Part shown: positions 15,155 to 15,630 of the stretch, piece by piece
How the letters are laid out: each line of letters begins with the position of its first letter
How positions within the stretch are numbered: position 1 is the stretch's first letter
Source: a virus
Lineage: Duplodnaviria > Heunggongvirae > Uroviricota > Caudoviricetes
Reading direction: 5' to 3' (one strand)
Length of the DNA stretch: 15,630 bases
Virus record (IMG/VR): IMGVR_UViG_2534681702_000002
The notes under the pieces: model-generated
Databases searched by the model: none
The model's input: only the letters and a program-made list of their open reading frames with translations
Told to the model about the DNA's origin: nothing
Translations under genes and position numbers: made by a program

Positions 15155-15630
15155 TTAGCGGATATTTGTTTGCCTCCTTTTTTTTACCCAGCATACCCCA
15201 TCCCAACAATTTGAATTAAATGTCGTAAAATTGATAACTTCTTTACCTTTTGAAAAATATGTTATTGGGCAAAACTCATCTCCACTTAATGGTTTAAAGC
15301 TGGTTATTATGTCACAATTTAATTGTTGTGATAGTGATTGAGCGATGAAATCAGTTAGAGATGGAAGATACTTGCTTTCAATCGATGTTGTTGATGTGCC
15401 GAAATCAACTTCATAAGAAAAATCAATCTTCGCTAGTAATTCAATATATTCTGCATCTTTGTCAATAAAAGATGTGTCATAAGTAATGTTTTTTTATACT
15501 CATTTACATCAAAGTAGTCATATTTTAATATCGAAAAGTCAATGTCTAGAGCATTTACAAACTTATAAATACTATCGGTTAGTTTACTTTTATCTTTATA
15601 CTCTATGAGTATACTTGATTTGGTGATCAT
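15155..15630 (-). pseudogene. Low-GC gene of unknown function, frameshifted at an A7 run (plus-strand T7 at 15489..15495); stop codon 2 bp from the IS1 end
   Basis: The minus-strand ATG sits exactly at the window edge, so the true N-terminus may lie beyond it. Frame a reads MITKSS...DYFDVNEYKK and stops at 15433. The adjacent frame continues NITYDTSFIDKDAEYIELLAKIDFSYEVDFG...CWVKKRRQTNIR* for about 113 codons with no Met, so it is a continuation rather than a separate gene. Identity unknown. Confidence 0.4.

Noticed and set aside
1-15630. Scan for CRISPR arrays, tRNA or rRNA genes and an attachment site
   Set aside because: No regularly spaced direct repeats, no tRNA-like T-arm or acceptor motifs, and no rRNA-like sequence were seen. 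The integrase ends at position 1, so any attachment site and flanking tRNA would lie outside the window.

Overview
This window reads as a decayed DLP12-like lambdoid prophage remnant of Escherichia coli, running into the appY-ompT locus, which here is heavily remodelled by three IS1 copies. All identities come from reading the six-frame translations and from recalled protein and lambda sequences; no database search was run. Left to right: integrase and an Xis-like gene (minus strand), a short remnant of the gene normally upstream of rusA, then rusA, ylcG and the Q antiterminator quuD, a terminator cluster, an intact nmpC-type porin (minus strand), and the lysis cassette essD / rrrD / rzpD with embedded rzoD, followed by borD. 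Next come a lambda-like cos site, the small terminase subunit nohD, and a terminase large-subunit gene cut off after about 66 codons and fused to a tail-fibre fragment. Three intact small genes follow (93 aa acidic, 234 aa with a C-terminal S74-type chaperone domain, 97 aa membrane protein), then a tail-fibre-assembly remnant and appY. Four points stand out: rrrD carries an in-frame TAA at codon 4; appY is frameshifted at an A7 run and its last four codons are split off by a nested IS1-in-IS1 insertion; ompT is bracketed by inverted IS1 copies, the right-hand one lacking a target-site duplication; and a low-GC gene at the right edge is frameshifted at another A7 run. I found no CRISPR array, tRNA or rRNA. 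The most plausible candidate for something undescribed is the intact 93/234/97-aa cluster at 8623-9922, but that is inference only.
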